Shown here piece by piece: positions 44,861 to 54,246 of a stretch of DNA of 64,000 nucleotides (the first letter of the stretch is position 1; the number at the start of each line of letters is the position of its first letter). This DNA comes from an uncultured Pseudobdellovibrionaceae bacterium (GTDB lineage: Bacteria; Pseudomonadota; Alphaproteobacteria; Micavibrionales; Micavibrionaceae). Under the pieces are notes generated by a model that worked only from the letters and a program-made list of their open reading frames with translations, did no database searches and was not told where the DNA came from. The stretch covers positions 40,946-104,945 of the forward strand of contig CAZLPZ010000001.1 in NCBI GenBank assembly GCA_964561535.1, written 5' to 3'. The position numbers and the translations under genes were made by a program.

Positions 44861-46165
44861 ATGCACGGCAACGAGTTTATTACCAGTGAGATTCAATTTG
44901 ATCATGATGCGCATTGTCTTTTGCTGTCTGGTCTCCCGGTAACTGGGACACCTATTGATGCACAAGACAAAATGAAACGTTTTGCACGGTTGGTTGATGT
45001 ACCGATGCAGGACGATAACGCGCTTATCCCTCTTATCAAGCTTGTTTTTCAGCCCGTTATCGTCCCTAAAGTAGAACTTGATGCTTCAATATCAAAACCG
45101 TCAGATCACCCAATTATCGTGATGGGGCCAACCGCCGGGCATACACCGACCACATACAATTTACTGGACGCCAATGATCATGCAATCGCCATTTCTAATC
45201 AGATCCTTGCTGTGGGTTGGGAGATGACACGACAAGCATTAACCCAAATGGGTGCAGAGGTTATGGTTTCGCAAGATATCTATTCAGAAGTTGGGATTGT
45301 TATGCGCGCTCCTGATGGAGCCATGCAACCCGTGCAACAAATCTTCACAAGAGATTCAGGTGTTATGATTGGTGATGATTATTTCATCGCAAGTGAAGAG
45401 GCTATTTACGATATCAGCATGAAGGCAATGCGTTCTGCAGCTGGTCCTGCCGCTCAACTGTCATCACGAGCACAGAAATTGGCACAGCTTATGGCAGGAT
45501 TAAAACCACGATTTGGATATAACGTTGCCCGAGCTTTTAATATTGCCGGAAAATCATTAGAAACTCGCACAATTGATGCCTTTTTTGAAGGTGGCGATAT
45601 TTTTGTGGACCCACGAAAAGGCATAATTCTTGTCGGAGATGATCAACGCACTAATGATCGAACTCGCGGCCTTGTCGAACATAACCAAAGGCTGAGTACT
45701 GCGTTCACAGAAATTACAGGCAAACGTCCCATTACTATTGAACGCCCCTATAGTTTAGATGGTAAAGGTCGTGATGATGGCGAGCGTTTCCATCTTGATT
45801 GCTTTATGGCTTTGTTGCCAAAAGGTGAATTATTGGTCGATCCGCGATATACAACGCCTAAATCGCTTGAGGTTCTTAAAGGACTTTATGGAGAAAATCT
45901 GATCGTTATTGGTCCAGAAAATCCGACGACGACAACGGGACCTGTCGGAACTGGTCAGGTACCCAACTACACTGCCAATCTTGTGGCTGTTGGCAATCAA
46001 TTATTGATGCCGACCTGCAGTTCAGCATTGAAAGCTACCTTAGAAGGTCGAGGCTATACAGTTGTAACCGCCCAAAACTTTAATGCACCGCCGGGATTAT
46101 TTTATATGCGTGGGGGGGGAATTCATTGCGTAACGCAAGACTTCCCATCTTATAAGATTCAGTAA
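44861..46165 (+). CDS. guanidino-group-modifying-enzyme superfamily protein (arginine deiminase / amidinotransferase / agmatine deiminase fold) with a unique N-terminal region
   Basis: Ordered motifs FTRDSGVMIG, FFEGGDIFVDP, FHLDCFMALL, ANLVAVGNQLLMP and the C-terminal GGGIHCVTQ (catalytic Cys). GGAGGGG RBS 7 nt upstream. AT-rich flanks. Confidence 0.7.
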   Translation: MHGNEFITSEIQFDHDAHCLLLSGLPVTGTPIDAQDKMKRFARLVDVPMQDDNALIPLIKLVFQPVIVPKVELDASISKPSDHPIIVMGPTAGHTPTTYNLLDANDHAIAISNQILAVGWEMTRQALTQMGAEVMVSQDIYSEVGIVMRAPDGAMQPVQQIFTRDSGVMIGDDYFIASEEAIYDISMKAMRSAAGPAAQLSSRAQKLAQLMAGLKPRFGYNVARAFNIAGKSLETRTIDAFFEGGDIFVDPRKGIILVGDDQRTNDRTRGLVEHNQRLSTAFTEITGKRPITIERPYSLDGKGRDDGERFHLDCFMALLPKGELLVDPRYTTPKSLEVLKGLYGENLIVIGPENPTTTTGPVGTGQVPNYTANLVAVGNQLLMPTCSSALKATLEGRGYTVVTAQNFNAPPGLFYMRGGGIHCVTQDFPSYKIQ

Positions 46166-46256
46166 ATTCATATAATCAGATCACGAACCCAGAAGTATAT
46201 CTTTTAAAATTATATAAAATAACTTCTATCCGACATAACAAACTTTATCATCCCCC

Positions 46257-46979
46257 CTACCCCGCTCTTTGAAACGCCATAATGTAATTGACGTCGAGAT
46301 CATGCGGGGCAAGAGCAAATTCGCGGGCAACGGGACGATACATGATGCCACTCGCCGCAACCACGTCACACCCCCGCGCGCGCATCCTTGCCGTTAAATC
46401 CGACGGCCGCATAAATTTCCGCCAATCATGCGTGCCGCGAGGTACCCATCCCAAAATATATTCAGCAGCAATCACCCCCAAAGCAAACGATTTGATCGTC
46501 CGGTTCAAGGTCGAGAGAAACACAATTCCCCCGGGGCGCACACAAGCGGTCAATTCATCCAAAAACACATCCGGCGCGTCCACATGCTCAATAATTTCAA
46601 GTGCGCTCACCGTGTCAAATAATTCTTGTTTATGACCCTTCCGAAACACCTCAATCGATTGGGCATGATACGTAATATCAAGTTCGGCGCCCTGAGCGTG
46701 CACACGCGCCACAGAAATTGCCTGATCATCGGCATCCAAACCCGTCACGTGTGCCCCAAGCCGCGCGAAAGGTTCAGAAACCAACCCACCGCCACACCCA
46801 ACATCCAGATGGGTCCAATTTTTAAAAACAGGGACCTCTTTCAAAACATCGACCATAAAGGCCATCCGCACCGGGTTCAAAACATGAAGCGGCGCAAACG
46901 GGCCTTCTGTATCCCACCAGGCCATTGAATCCTTTTGAAATTGCTCAATTTCTTTCTCATTAATTGTTGTATTTACCAT
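46257..46979 (-). CDS. ubiG: bifunctional 3-demethylubiquinol 3-O-methyltransferase UbiG
   Basis: F...S..WWD..GPFAPLH..NP.R and the SAM motif LDVGCGGGLVSEPFARLGAHVTGLD. Confidence 0.9.
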   Translation of the reverse strand: MVNTTINEKEIEQFQKDSMAWWDTEGPFAPLHVLNPVRMAFMVDVLKEVPVFKNWTHLDVGCGGGLVSEPFARLGAHVTGLDADDQAISVARVHAQGAELDITYHAQSIEVFRKGHKQELFDTVSALEIIEHVDAPDVFLDELTACVRPGGIVFLSTLNRTIKSFALGVIAAEYILGWVPRGTHDWRKFMRPSDLTARMRARGCDVVAASGIMYRPVAREFALAPHDLDVNYIMAFQRAG

Positions 46980-47138
46980 TCAAAAGAACCCATCTATCTG
47001 TAAAAAGAGAGCCCTATTCTTGCCCCCCCTCCCCCTAAAAATCAAGGAGAATCGATAAAAGAGGGCGTGACGTGGCATTCGTAAACCGTTATGATAACGC
47101 ATGTCGCCTCGGTGCAAGCTGTGGGCCCGTAATATCTA

Positions 47139-47162
47139 CATCCCGGCCCAAGCCAGGATGAC
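47139..47162 (-). repeat. degenerate copy of the GC-hairpin repeat (CATCCCGGCCCAAGCCAGGATGAC)
   Basis: Aligns with the 30325-30350 orientation. Lies in the ubiG/plsY divergent intergenic region. Confidence 0.45.
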
Positions 47163-47200
47163 ACTGTTCTGACAAAAACCATGACCCGGAGAAATTTGCC

Positions 47201-47959
47201 ATGATTTTAACCATCCTCCTTTGTTGTTTAATGGGATATTTAATTGGGTCAGTTCCCTTTGGATTACTTTTGACGCGATTTGCAGGAACCGCAGACATCC
47301 GCAATATTGGATCCGGTAATATTGGTGCAACAAATGTGTTACGTACAGGACATACAAAACTCGCCGCCCTCACCCTGATCTTCGATATCGCCAAAGGAGT
47401 TATAACGATCGCTCTATCCATACACATTATCCAATTTTTGATGCCCTTTGCGACCGAAACTGACCCTAAATGTGCCCCCGATATTCATGTTTTAAATTTC
47501 TTTTACGACCCATGCGGATATTCAGCAGGACTGATGGAATATGTCCTGTTCTTATCTGGCGCTGCAGCGGTCATCGGCCATATGTTTCCAATTTGGTTGA
47601 ACTATAAAGGCGGCAAAGGTGTCGCAACATTCTTTGGCGTTACCCTGGGGTTCATGATGATGGCTGGATTATTGACCATGGCAACATGGTTCGTTGTGGC
47701 CATTATTACCAAACGATCATCGGTTGCCGCCCTGGTATCTGTGGCCTTAACCCCTGTTTTCATGTCCGTTTTTTTAATGGAAGAAATTCTAACGTTATTT
47801 TCAAATCACCCCACACCTTATTCATCTGAATCCATGGGCCCCTTAATGGGAACCGTCGCGCTCGCCGGATTGATCTTTTACCAACATCGTGAAAATATCA
47901 AACGGCTGATCGCTGGGACCGAACCTAAAATTAATCTGAACCACAAGATTTCTGCATGA
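47201..47959 (+). CDS. plsY: glycerol-3-phosphate acyltransferase PlsY (with an internal insertion)
   Basis: GYLIGSVPFGLLLTRFAGTADIRNIGSGNIGATNVLRTG and HMFPIWLNYKGGKGVAT. At 252 aa it is longer than I expect for PlsY. Confidence 0.9.
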   Translation: MILTILLCCLMGYLIGSVPFGLLLTRFAGTADIRNIGSGNIGATNVLRTGHTKLAALTLIFDIAKGVITIALSIHIIQFLMPFATETDPKCAPDIHVLNFFYDPCGYSAGLMEYVLFLSGAAAVIGHMFPIWLNYKGGKGVATFFGVTLGFMMMAGLLTMATWFVVAIITKRSSVAALVSVALTPVFMSVFLMEEILTLFSNHPTPYSSESMGPLMGTVALAGLIFYQHRENIKRLIAGTEPKINLNHKISA

Positions 47960-49119
47960 TCCCGCTACGCCTCTTAACCGACACTGAACGCCGCGATTGG
48001 TGGCAATTGTCACGAACCGAGGGTATTGGGCCCATCACGTTCTTTCGTTTAATCGAACGATACGGGACGGCAGCGCGCGCGATCGAGTCTTTGCCCGATC
48101 TCTCCAAACGCGGGGGGCGCAAAACACCACTGATCGCTTTTTCGCGTGGTCAAGCCGAAGACGAAATCGCCACCATGATCAAAGCCCACGGACGCATGAT
48201 TGCATCTTGCGAGCCCCATTACCCCCCTCTATTGCGAAATATTGACGACGCACCACCTTTTTTGGTGATCAAAGGCAATCCCGAAATATGGAGCGATAAA
48301 ACCTGTATTGGTATGGTTGGCGCGCGTAATGCGTCCCTGCCGGGCCGCAAAATGGCAATGACATTAGCACGCGATTTAGGGGCACGGGGCTATATCATTG
48401 TATCGGGCCTCGCCCGTGGCATTGACGCGGCAGCCCACGAAGGATCGATGAAAACCGGTACCATGGCGGTCGTTGCCGGCGGCGTTGACATCATATACCC
48501 GCCCGAAAATCAAAAACTATATGATGACGTTTGTGCAACAGGCGTCGTTATTTCAGAACACCCGTGCGGCACCGAACCGAAAGCACCCTATTTCCCACGC
48601 CGTAACCGGATCATTTCCGGCCTATCCGCGGGCGTCGTGCTCGTCGAGGCGACTGTCAATTCTGGATCCCTCATCACCACGCGCTATGCCTTGGAACAGG
48701 GCCGCGATGTATTTGCGGTGCCCGGAAGCCCGATGGATCCGCGAGCGGGCGGGCCAAACCAATTGATCCGCGACGGCGCGGTGCTCGTTGAACGCGCCGA
48801 ACATATTATATCGGCCTTATCCCCGCCCCCACGTATTCAAACATTATGTGATATATCAGCAAATGATTATACATCTCCTGTCCCCACATTCGACGACGCA
48901 CGGGTAACCGCCGCGCGCACGAAAATGATCGAATGTTTGTCATATACACCAATACGGATTGACGAGATCGCTCGGACATGTCAATTGAATATCGAACTGG
49001 TTCAGGTCGCCTTGTTGGAACTTGAACTGGGCGGGTGGGTCGAACGCCTGCCGGGTAACCGTATTGCTTTGATAGATAAGGATTTTTTACTTGACCTCTC
49101 CCGCGCTTGTGATCGTTGA
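47956..49119 (+). CDS. dprA: DNA-processing protein DprA (Smf)
   Basis: GIGPITFFRLIERYG, VSGLARGIDAAAHEG and VPGSPMDPRAGGPNQLIRDGA. 4-nt overlap with plsY. Confidence 0.9.
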   Translation: MIPLRLLTDTERRDWWQLSRTEGIGPITFFRLIERYGTAARAIESLPDLSKRGGRKTPLIAFSRGQAEDEIATMIKAHGRMIASCEPHYPPLLRNIDDAPPFLVIKGNPEIWSDKTCIGMVGARNASLPGRKMAMTLARDLGARGYIIVSGLARGIDAAAHEGSMKTGTMAVVAGGVDIIYPPENQKLYDDVCATGVVISEHPCGTEPKAPYFPRRNRIISGLSAGVVLVEATVNSGSLITTRYALEQGRDVFAVPGSPMDPRAGGPNQLIRDGAVLVERAEHIISALSPPPRIQTLCDISANDYTSPVPTFDDARVTAARTKMIECLSYTPIRIDEIARTCQLNIELVQVALLELELGGWVERLPGNRIALIDKDFLLDLSRACDR

Positions 49120-51643
49120 ATCCCCGGCCAAAGCCAAAACCATCGAGAAATATCTGGGTGGCGGTTATACCGTTTTGGCGTCCTATGGTCATGTCCGCGA
49201 TTTGCCCCCTAAAAATGGATCGGTCCTGCCGGATGATGATTTTAGAATGGCGTGGGAATTAGGCGAACGCGCGGCAAAACCATTCTCAGCCATTGAAAAA
49301 GCCCTGAAAAAAGCCGACACCCTTTATCTCGCAACAGATCCTGACCGTGAGGGCGAGGCGATTTCATGGCATGTCCAAGAAATGCTTCAGGACCGAAAAT
49401 TATTGGCCGGCAAAACCGTCCGTCGCGTCACGTTCAATGAAATTACCAAAACGGCGATCAAAGAGGCATTCACCCATGCCCGCGATGTTGATCAAGATCT
49501 CGTTGACGCATACCTCGCGCGACGCGCGCTTGATTATCTGGTCGGTTTTACTCTGTCGCCCGTTTTGTGGCGAAAATTACCGGGTTCACGATCGGCCGGA
49601 CGGGTACAATCTGTCGCCCTGCGCCTGATATGTGAACGCGAATCTGAAATTGAAAAATTTCGCGCCGATGAATATTGGACGATCGCCGCCAAACTGCATA
49701 CACCGGACGGCGTGCCTTTCTTTGCGCGTCTGACGCACCTGTCGGGAAATAAACTGGACAAGCTGGACATCCCGAACGAGGACAGCGCGCGCCACGCGGT
49801 TGATCGGATCAACGCCAAAAAACTCCGTGTAACAAAGATCGAAAAAAAACAAGTCCGCCGCAACCCTTATCCTCCCTTTATCACATCTTCCTTACAGATG
49901 GAGGCATCGCGCAAGTTGGGATTCGGTGCGGCAACCACGATGCGCCTTGCCCAACAACTGTATGAAGGAATCGATTATAATGGCGAAACCGTCGGTCTAA
50001 TCACCTATATGCGAACCGACGGTATCACCCTGTCTGGCGAGGCGATCGGCCAAACCCGCGCGACAATCGAAGCCATTTACGGCAAAAAATATGTGCCCGA
50101 CAGCCCCCGCGCCTATAAATCCAAAGCAAAAAATGCCCAAGAAGCACACGAGGCCATTCGTCCGACCGATATGTCGCGCAAACCGTGGGACGTCGCCAAA
50201 CAACTCTCAGACGATCGCTTGGCCAAACTCTATGACCTCATTTGGAAACGCACCATGGCGTGCCAAATGGAAAGTGCCATTCTTGATCAAGTCGCGGCCG
50301 ATTTGTCGGACGGTACTGATGATGTCATTTTACGCGCAAATGGTTCGACTATCCAATTTGATGGGTTCTTAAAACTGTATTCCGAAGACCGCGACGACAA
50401 ACCCAAAGACGACGATGACGACGACGAAAAAGAACGCCGTCTACCACCGCTAAACCAAGATGACCCCGTTAAAACGGTGGACGTAACCCCCGACCAACAT
50501 TTTACCGAACCACCACCCCGTTATTCCGAAGCCTCACTTGTGAAAAGAATGGAGGAATTAGGTATTGGCCGCCCCTCAACCTATGCGTCCATAATTCAAG
50601 TTTTACAAGATCGAAAATATGTAACGCTGGACCGGAAACGATTTACACCGGATGATCGGGGGCGACTGGTCACAACGTTCTTGGTTAAATATTTCACCAA
50701 ATATGTGGACTATGATTTTACCGCAAACCTTGAATCTGAACTCGATGCGATTTCGGCGGGACACGTCTTTTGGAAGGAAGCGTTGCGCCAATTCTGGACC
50801 GATTTTTCGGGCGCGATTGATGGCACCAAAGATTTAAAAATCCGTGATGTTCTTGATATGCTGAACGCTGAACTCGGGGATCATTTATTCCCACAAATTC
50901 CAGGTAAAGGCGACCCCCGTACGTGCCCGGTATGTGGCAAGGGCGGATTATCCCTGCGGCTTGGAAAATTTGGCGCATTCATCGGGTGTTCCGATTACCC
51001 CGAATGCAAATTTACGCGGCCGTTGGTTGTCGATGACGGTGCCGATGGTCAAGGCACCGAAGGGACAGACGGCCATGCCAACGGTGGCGTTGACGTCCTG
51101 GCTGCCGGCCCAAAGGAACTGGGAACCGATCCCTTATCGGGTCGCACGGTCAGTTTACGCAAAGGGCCGTATGGCCCATATGTACAAATTGATGCGCCAC
51201 CTGAATCAAAAGACAAACCGAAACGGCAAGGTTTGCCCCGCGGTTTAAGTGTCAACGATATTGATTTGGCAGCCGCTCTAAAATTGCTGGAACTGCCACG
51301 CAATATCGGGCCTCACCCCGAAACCGGCAAAATGATCACCGCCGGCATTGGCCGATTTGGGCCATTTGTGAAACATGAGACGACGTTTGCATCAATCCCC
51401 AAAGGAGAAGATGTACTCTCAATCGGTATGAACCGCGCGGTTGATTTGATCACGCAAAAATTATTAAACCTGCCGAAAGGTCGTTGGGGGAAAAAGAAAC
51501 CCGAGAGCACAGAGGATAAAAAAGAAAGCGCAGAAAAATCCGTTAAGATAAAAAAATCACCCGCGAAAAAGGCGGCGGCAAAAAAATCCTCTACCAAAAA
51601 AACAGCCGTAAAAAAACTATCCAAAGTAACTAAAACACCCTAA
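49091..51643 (+). CDS. topA: DNA topoisomerase I with a Lys-rich C-terminal tail
   Basis: LVIVESPAKAKTIEKYLG, TDPDREGEAISWH, active-site ITYMRTD, and a C4 zinc ribbon CPVCGKG...CSDYPEC. Start ambiguous (TTG 49091 or GTG 49109). Overlaps the dprA end. Confidence 0.95.
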   Translation: MTSPALVIVESPAKAKTIEKYLGGGYTVLASYGHVRDLPPKNGSVLPDDDFRMAWELGERAAKPFSAIEKALKKADTLYLATDPDREGEAISWHVQEMLQDRKLLAGKTVRRVTFNEITKTAIKEAFTHARDVDQDLVDAYLARRALDYLVGFTLSPVLWRKLPGSRSAGRVQSVALRLICERESEIEKFRADEYWTIAAKLHTPDGVPFFARLTHLSGNKLDKLDIPNEDSARHAVDRINAKKLRVTKIEKKQVRRNPYPPFITSSLQMEASRKLGFGAATTMRLAQQLYEGIDYNGETVGLITYMRTDGITLSGEAIGQTRATIEAIYGKKYVPDSPRAYKSKAKNAQEAHEAIRPTDMSRKPWDVAKQLSDDRLAKLYDLIWKRTMACQMESAILDQVAADLSDGTDDVILRANGSTIQFDGFLKLYSEDRDDKPKDDDDDDEKERRLPPLNQDDPVKTVDVTPDQHFTEPPPRYSEASLVKRMEELGIGRPSTYASIIQVLQDRKYVTLDRKRFTPDDRGRLVTTFLVKYFTKYVDYDFTANLESELDAISAGHVFWKEALRQFWTDFSGAIDGTKDLKIRDVLDMLNAELGDHLFPQIPGKGDPRTCPVCGKGGLSLRLGKFGAFIGCSDYPECKFTRPLVVDDGADGQGTEGTDGHANGGVDVLAAGPKELGTDPLSGRTVSLRKGPYGPYVQIDAPPESKDKPKRQGLPRGLSVNDIDLAAALKLLELPRNIGPHPETGKMITAGIGRFGPFVKHETTFASIPKGEDVLSIGMNRAVDLITQKLLNLPKGRWGKKKPESTEDKKESAEKSVKIKKSPAKKAAAKKSSTKKTAVKKLSKVTKTP

Positions 51644-51700
51644 ACGCTTTCACCCCTCTCCTACCGAGAAAAGCGTTAAATAGAAAAGAAATAAATAAAT

Positions 51701-54175
51701 ATGGAACACGAACTGACGCAAGAAACCTTGTTGGCGTTTATGCAAACGGCCGGCGCGGTATCTAAAAATGACATCGCCGCTGCTTTTAAAATCAAGGGTG
51801 ATGTGCGCATTGCATTAAAAGACATTCTGCGCGAGATGGATGATAGCGGCCAAATCATCAAGGTCGGCGGACAACGTTATACAATTCCAGAAGGACTACC
51901 TGATGTCTGCCCATTACGTATCGTAACCATCACCCTTGACGGCGACTTAATCGCAGAACCCATGGAATGGGACACCGACCGTCAAGGCCCCCGCCCAAAA
52001 GTTTTGGTCGATGCCGATTCAAAAGATCACGGTACACTGACCGAGGGTGACCGCATTCTTGCGCGGGTTAAACCCGATACAAACCCATCCAAAGATATCC
52101 CATTGGCATTAAGCCAAAAATCACAAGATGCAGACGACGATACGGAATCTGAAGACGATTCTGAAAATATTATAATTCTCCCGACCTACACGGCAAAAAT
52201 CATCCGCCGGATTGATGCCGACACCACAATGATTATCGGTGAAGTTATTAAAACAAAAACAGGATACGCGGTCCGCACACTACAGAAACGTAATTCCGAT
52301 ACGCATGATGTTTTGGAATCCAATTTAAATGGGGCGAAAATTCATGACCTGGTCCGCGCACATTTGTCCCACACACCGGGCGAGGAAACTCCGCATGTGC
52401 GCATCGAAACGGTGATCGGATCGGCATCCGACCCGCGTGTCATGTCATTGGTTGCCGCACATGAGCTGGGCTTGCGCACAGAATTCCCGGCGCAAGTTTT
52501 AAAAGAATCCGAAAAATTACCGCGTCCCACGATGGGGGATGAGCGCATTGATTTGCGCAAAATATCACTTGTGACGATTGATGGCGAAGATGCCCGCGAT
52601 TTTGATGATGCTGTTTTTGCCGAACTCGACGAAAATCCCGAAAATCCAGGTGGATACCATTTAATTGTCGCGATTGCAGACGTGTCCTATTATGTGCGCG
52701 CGGGGTCGGCATTGGACGACGAAGCATACAAACGTGGCAATTCCACCTACTTCCCCGACCGCGTGTTACCGATGCTCCCTGAATCCATTTCGAATGATTT
52801 GTGTTCATTGAAACCGAAAGAAGATCGGTATTGCCTGGCTGTTCATTTATGGATCGATAAAAACGGCGTGATGACCAACCACAAATTTATGCGCGGATTG
52901 ATGCGATCCGTTGCACGGTTGACATACACCCAAGTACAAAACGCCTATAATGGCAAACCCGATGATACAACCGAACCCTTGCTGCGCCCCATTATCTTCC
53001 CGCTGTATGATGCATTTAAATTACTGCAAAAGGCCCGTCTTGCACGCGGCACGTTGGAACTTGAAATGCCCGAACGCAAAATCGTTGTTGACGACAATGG
53101 CGCAATGTCGGGCGTTGCAATCCGCGAACGATTTGACAGCCATAAATTGATCGAGGAATTTATGGTGCTCGCAAACGTCGCAGCAGCTGTTGCCCTGCAA
53201 AAGAAAAAAGCACCATGTGTGTACCGTGTGCATGACCGTCCGTCATTTGAAAAAATACAAAATTTGCGCACATATCTTGACACATTTGGCGTATCCGTCC
53301 CGAAAGGTAACGTGGACGAACCCGAACAACTAGCGCAAATCCTGCGTCAAGCCAAGGGGAAACCATTCGCCCAATTGATCAGCGAATCTATGCTCAGATC
53401 CCAAATGCAAGCCCACTATTCAACAGATAATATTGGACATTTTGGGTTGGCCCTCAATCACTATGCCCACTTTACCTCGCCTATTCGCCGTTATGCTGAT
53501 TTACTGGTGCATCGATCGCTGATCAACGCGTATGGGTTCGGCCCGGGCGCATTAGATGACGAAACACGGATTAAAATGCCCGTCATGTGTGAACATATTT
53601 CGATCACCGAACGCGCGAGCATGGAGGCCGAACGCAACACGGTTGATCGGTTTACCGCACATTTTCTGGCTGATAAAATTGGTCAAACATTTCCAGCAAC
53701 AATTTCAGGGGTCACACGATTTGGTCTGTTCGTACGCCTGGCTGATACGGGTGCCGATGGCCTTATCCCCATGCGCATGCTCGAGGGCGATTTCTTTATC
53801 CATGATGAACGTCGCCACGCATTAATCGGTCGACGCACGGGTGTTATATACCGACTGGGCGCAAAAATTTCGGTTGAATTGATCGAGGCGGCACCGCTTG
53901 CTGGCGCCTTGATGTTCCGCGCCGTGGGGGATATGGGTGCGGATATCCCCGGGTTTGAATTAACGGTTGATCCCCAAGAACTCGACGCCATTGCCCGTAA
54001 CCAAACCGCGGCGCGCGCGCACCGTGACGGCAAAGGATTGCCGCGCGGCGGACGGTCTGGGCCGTCCCAGGGCCGCGGGCGTGATGATCGTGGGGGACGG
54101 CCTGGCGGACGGCCCTCTTCCGGCCCATCGCGTGGGAAACCATCTGGAAAACCTCGTTCAAAAGGGAAATTTTAA
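51701..54175 (+). CDS. rnr: ribonuclease R
   Basis: RNB motifs TIDGEDARDFDDAV and YFPDRVLPMLPE, an S1 domain, and an Arg/Gly-rich basic tail. Confidence 0.92.
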   Translation: MEHELTQETLLAFMQTAGAVSKNDIAAAFKIKGDVRIALKDILREMDDSGQIIKVGGQRYTIPEGLPDVCPLRIVTITLDGDLIAEPMEWDTDRQGPRPKVLVDADSKDHGTLTEGDRILARVKPDTNPSKDIPLALSQKSQDADDDTESEDDSENIIILPTYTAKIIRRIDADTTMIIGEVIKTKTGYAVRTLQKRNSDTHDVLESNLNGAKIHDLVRAHLSHTPGEETPHVRIETVIGSASDPRVMSLVAAHELGLRTEFPAQVLKESEKLPRPTMGDERIDLRKISLVTIDGEDARDFDDAVFAELDENPENPGGYHLIVAIADVSYYVRAGSALDDEAYKRGNSTYFPDRVLPMLPESISNDLCSLKPKEDRYCLAVHLWIDKNGVMTNHKFMRGLMRSVARLTYTQVQNAYNGKPDDTTEPLLRPIIFPLYDAFKLLQKARLARGTLELEMPERKIVVDDNGAMSGVAIRERFDSHKLIEEFMVLANVAAAVALQKKKAPCVYRVHDRPSFEKIQNLRTYLDTFGVSVPKGNVDEPEQLAQILRQAKGKPFAQLISESMLRSQMQAHYSTDNIGHFGLALNHYAHFTSPIRRYADLLVHRSLINAYGFGPGALDDETRIKMPVMCEHISITERASMEAERNTVDRFTAHFLADKIGQTFPATISGVTRFGLFVRLADTGADGLIPMRMLEGDFFIHDERRHALIGRRTGVIYRLGAKISVELIEAAPLAGALMFRAVGDMGADIPGFELTVDPQELDAIARNQTAARAHRDGKGLPRGGRSGPSQGRGRDDRGGRPGGRPSSGPSRGKPSGKPRSKGKF

Positions 54176-54246
54176 TCGCCCCTTTCATCTACCCTTGGCG
54201 TTTTCCGACAATTCGGGTATATAGAGGGTCCTATTGACCTCCTTAT

